Assembly: GCA_021777495.1 (NCBI GenBank) | Contig: JAJYDL010000002.1 | Location: forward strand, 1 to 44,517 | Length of the DNA: 44,517 nt | Direction: 5' to 3' | Origin: a bacterium | Lineage (GTDB): Bacteria; Patescibacteriota; Minisyncoccia; UBA6257; 2-01-FULL-56-20 | In this document: positions 42,678 through 44,517 of the stretch, in pieces | Layout of the letters: each line of letters begins with the position of its first letter | How positions within the stretch are numbered: the stretch's first letter is position 1 | Position numbers and translations under genes: made by a program | Notes under the pieces: generated by a model | The model's input: the letters and a program-made list of their open reading frames with translations, nothing else | Told to the model about the DNA's origin: nothing | Database searches by the model: none

Positions 42678-44309
42678 TTACTCCTTCTCTTCGAGGAGCT
42701 TGAGCTTCAGCTGGGTCGCGCGTTCGGCATCGAGGCGGGTGAGGGGAGGGTCGCCCGATCGGTTCACGAACTTCATTGCCGCGCCAAGCCTCGGATGGAT
42801 GAGGGAAAGCTGCCGGTGCATCTCCTGGCAGATCTTCCGGTATCCCGGATGGCCCTGCGGAGACGTGCGAAGCTCGAGGAGATGGAACGCCTCGCGCGCG
42901 TTCATCACGAAACGGTACCGAAGCCGGTGTCCGAGGAGCGTCGCATACTGCGCCTCCTCCGCAAATCCCGCATCCATCATCGCCTTCCAAAGGCGTTCCG
43001 ATTCCGCGAAACATTCGCGGAACTGTGCCTCGAAGCCCGCCTCTTTGATGAGGTCGGGGATCTCGTAGCCGTACTTCACCGTGAGGTTCTGCCATTCCCA
43101 TGCGTCCACGATGCGATGGCGCTGGAGGTCGCGGAAGGTGCCGTAATCCGCGGTCACTTCCCATTCATAATGGAGTTTTTCGAGCGCGCGGCCCGGCTTA
43201 TGGCGCCGGTTCATGCGCGCACCCACATACGCATCGAACACCTCCTGTTTCCGCGCGAGAGGCCATTCCGCGACCGCCGTGCGCAGCTCCTTTTCGGAAA
43301 GCCCGCTCACCTCGAAGAGCATGTCCGGCACAAGGTCCATCTCGTCCTGCAGCGAGGCGCCGATGAAGCGTACCGGTTCCGCGAAATCCGCGCTTTCCGC
43401 GGGAAGGTAGCGCGCGGCAAGTGCCCGGAGCGCATCCCTCGTTTCGCGGAGATACATCACCCATGCGAGGCCGCGGTCCGGCAGGTCGGCGCGCTTGAGG
43501 AATGCGCCGATCACTTTGCGCGATTCCCGGAGGAGCATGCGTCCCGTTATATTCGCTTCCTCGAGCGGTTCGGCGAGAAGGCGCCTGATCATCGCCTCCA
43601 TCGCCTGGGACGACGCGACGATGCCCACCGTGGACTTCGTGGCCACGGGGAGCAGCGGGCGTGCGGCGTCGCATGCCTGCGCGCGCGTGGCGCCGCGCCA
43701 TGCGATGAGTTCCGTGCGGTCGCCGCCCGGCGGGATCTCGGGGGCGGGATTCTTCTTCTCCACGTATTCGGTCGTGCCACGGACGATCTCGGAATAAAGA
43801 TCGAAGATGCGGTCGAGCGATGCGCGGTACGTTCCCGCGAGCGGGGACGGAAGGTTCGACGGCGTGAAGTAGCGGTATGCGCCGTTTCCGTCCTTCTTGT
43901 CGTAGTAGATATAGCGGGTCGACTGTTCGAGGTATGAGGCGAGGCGGCTTCGCTCGATTTTTTTCGTGAGAAGGTTCGATGCGTCCTCCACCACGGCCGC
44001 CACGGTGATGAGCTGCTGCACCGAATCGTCGCCGTAGCCCGTGACCACGCGATCGATGAGCCCTTCCGCGCCGTCGCTTCCCGCCACCGCGAATTCGTCG
44101 AGGAAGATCTCCCGCAGATCGCTCCCGCGGCGCGAGAGGCGGGCCATTGCGGCGGCCGCGAAGAGAGGGGAGGCCTTGTCCGTGAAGGCGTATACGGGAC
44201 CCTCGGTATCGGTCACGATCCTCTCGAGGAGCTCATTCCCCTCAGGGGTTATGACGACCCTGCCGTCGCCCTCCTTGCGGATATAGGGGTTGGGGGTATC
44301 TTGTGCCAT
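42678..44309 (-). CDS. thyX: Long (about 540 aa, two-lobed) FAD-dependent thymidylate synthase ThyX-like protein
   Basis: Supporting blocks are ...GYGDDSVQQL..., LEQSTRY, and DYGTFRDLQRHRIV (ThyX RHR motif region). It is about twice the size of canonical ThyX. Confidence 0.7.
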   Translation of the reverse strand: MAQDTPNPYIRKEGDGRVVITPEGNELLERIVTDTEGPVYAFTDKASPLFAAAAMARLSRRGSDLREIFLDEFAVAGSDGAEGLIDRVVTGYGDDSVQQLITVAAVVEDASNLLTKKIERSRLASYLEQSTRYIYYDKKDGNGAYRYFTPSNLPSPLAGTYRASLDRIFDLYSEIVRGTTEYVEKKNPAPEIPPGGDRTELIAWRGATRAQACDAARPLLPVATKSTVGIVASSQAMEAMIRRLLAEPLEEANITGRMLLRESRKVIGAFLKRADLPDRGLAWVMYLRETRDALRALAARYLPAESADFAEPVRFIGASLQDEMDLVPDMLFEVSGLSEKELRTAVAEWPLARKQEVFDAYVGARMNRRHKPGRALEKLHYEWEVTADYGTFRDLQRHRIVDAWEWQNLTVKYGYEIPDLIKEAGFEAQFRECFAESERLWKAMMDAGFAEEAQYATLLGHRLRYRFVMNAREAFHLLELRTSPQGHPGYRKICQEMHRQLSLIHPRLGAAMKFVNRSGDPPLTRLDAERATQLKLKLLEEKE

Positions 44310-44318
44310 AGTGCCTCA

Positions 44319-44327
44319 ATAATAGCA
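44319..44327 (-). promoter_or_regulatory. Extended -10 TGCTATTAT, 9 nt upstream of the thyX ATG
   Basis: The minus strand reads aTGcTATTATtgaggcactATG. Confidence 0.35.
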
Positions 44328-44406
44328 TATCTCCAGGGGTTTCCGGCATTTGGCTTTTGGGGTGAGCGGGCTTATTATAGAGCTATGCCCTGTGAGGGCT
44401 TTTTTG

Positions 44407-44517
44407 ATGGGAAACGACCGTAACTTATCCACATTTTCATCGTTTTCTATGGTAGACGGCGGCGACAACCAGGAACTGGATCTCATAAAGGCGGCCGTCG
44501 GGGGCGATTCCTCGGCC
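44407..44517 (+). CDS. Probable sigma-70 family (ECF-like) sigma factor, N-terminal fragment (3' end outside window)
   Basis: MGNDRNLSTFSSFSMVDGGDNQELDLIKAAVGGDSSA resembles the ..EL(I/V)..A..GD..AF opening of region 2. Only 37 codons are visible. Confidence 0.4.
   Translation, partial: MGNDRNLSTFSSFSMVDGGDNQELDLIKAAVGGDSSA

Noticed and set aside
1-44517. CRISPR arrays, rRNA genes, IS elements or transposases, toxin-antitoxin pairs, restriction-modification or other defence systems.
   Set aside because: I scanned both strands and all intergenic gaps. I found no repeat-spacer periodicity, no rRNA-like conserved blocks, and no ORF with transposase, integrase, nuclease-defence or TA hallmarks. 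The only repeats are the tRNA-Leu 23-mer, the two long hairpins and a 2 x 21-bp in-gene tandem.

Overview
This is a GC-rich (about 60% by eye, not computed), gene-dense bacterial chromosomal window. I support about 47 protein-coding genes and 4 tRNAs (Ser-GCU, Cys-GCA, Leu-UAA, Gly-GCC). I found no rRNA, CRISPR array, transposase, integrase or recognisable defence or toxin genes. The content is almost all housekeeping. It includes a type IV pilus block (pilin, pilB, pilC, pilin, PilX-like, PilM/PilN fusion), then pth, lepB, hisS, rpsU, yqeY, ybeY, ftsA-ftsZ, rmuC and an RRM RNA-binding protein. These are followed by a MutY-like glycosylase, secreted wall-remodelling proteins (GH18, 3D-domain, RlpA-like, CAP), dedA, ftsE-ftsX, a TrmB-like regulator, a short infB, rbfA and dprA-topA. 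A deoxynucleotide set (nrdJ, cobO, pyrD, dcd, tmk, long thyX) and a glycerate/PEP module (2-hydroxyacid dehydrogenase, DUF1653, ppsA, MOFRL glycerate kinase) complete it. The minimal IF2, the pilin C-terminal pattern, the PilM-N fusion and the patchwork of housekeeping operons suggest a Patescibacteria/CPR-like organism; that is inference only. Because of the GC bias, most long six-frame ORFs are antisense artefacts of the real genes. I found no convincing novel multi-gene system. The observations most worth a second look are: (1) long, possibly related hairpin elements directly after tRNA-Leu and tRNA-Gly, with a 23-bp duplication of the tRNA-Leu 3' end and a tRNA-like remnant; (2) a recurring -10-like hexamer 6-8 nt upstream of many start codons, implying widespread leaderless mRNAs; (3) a class-2-like PyrD carrying Cys at the catalytic-base position; (4) a lower-GC spacer holding the long RRM-gene leader and a small basic ORF that runs through a terminator-like hairpin; (5) nrdJ divergently paired with a cobalamin adenosyltransferase across a 438-bp structured spacer. 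Hand-derived coordinates may be off by 1-2 nt.
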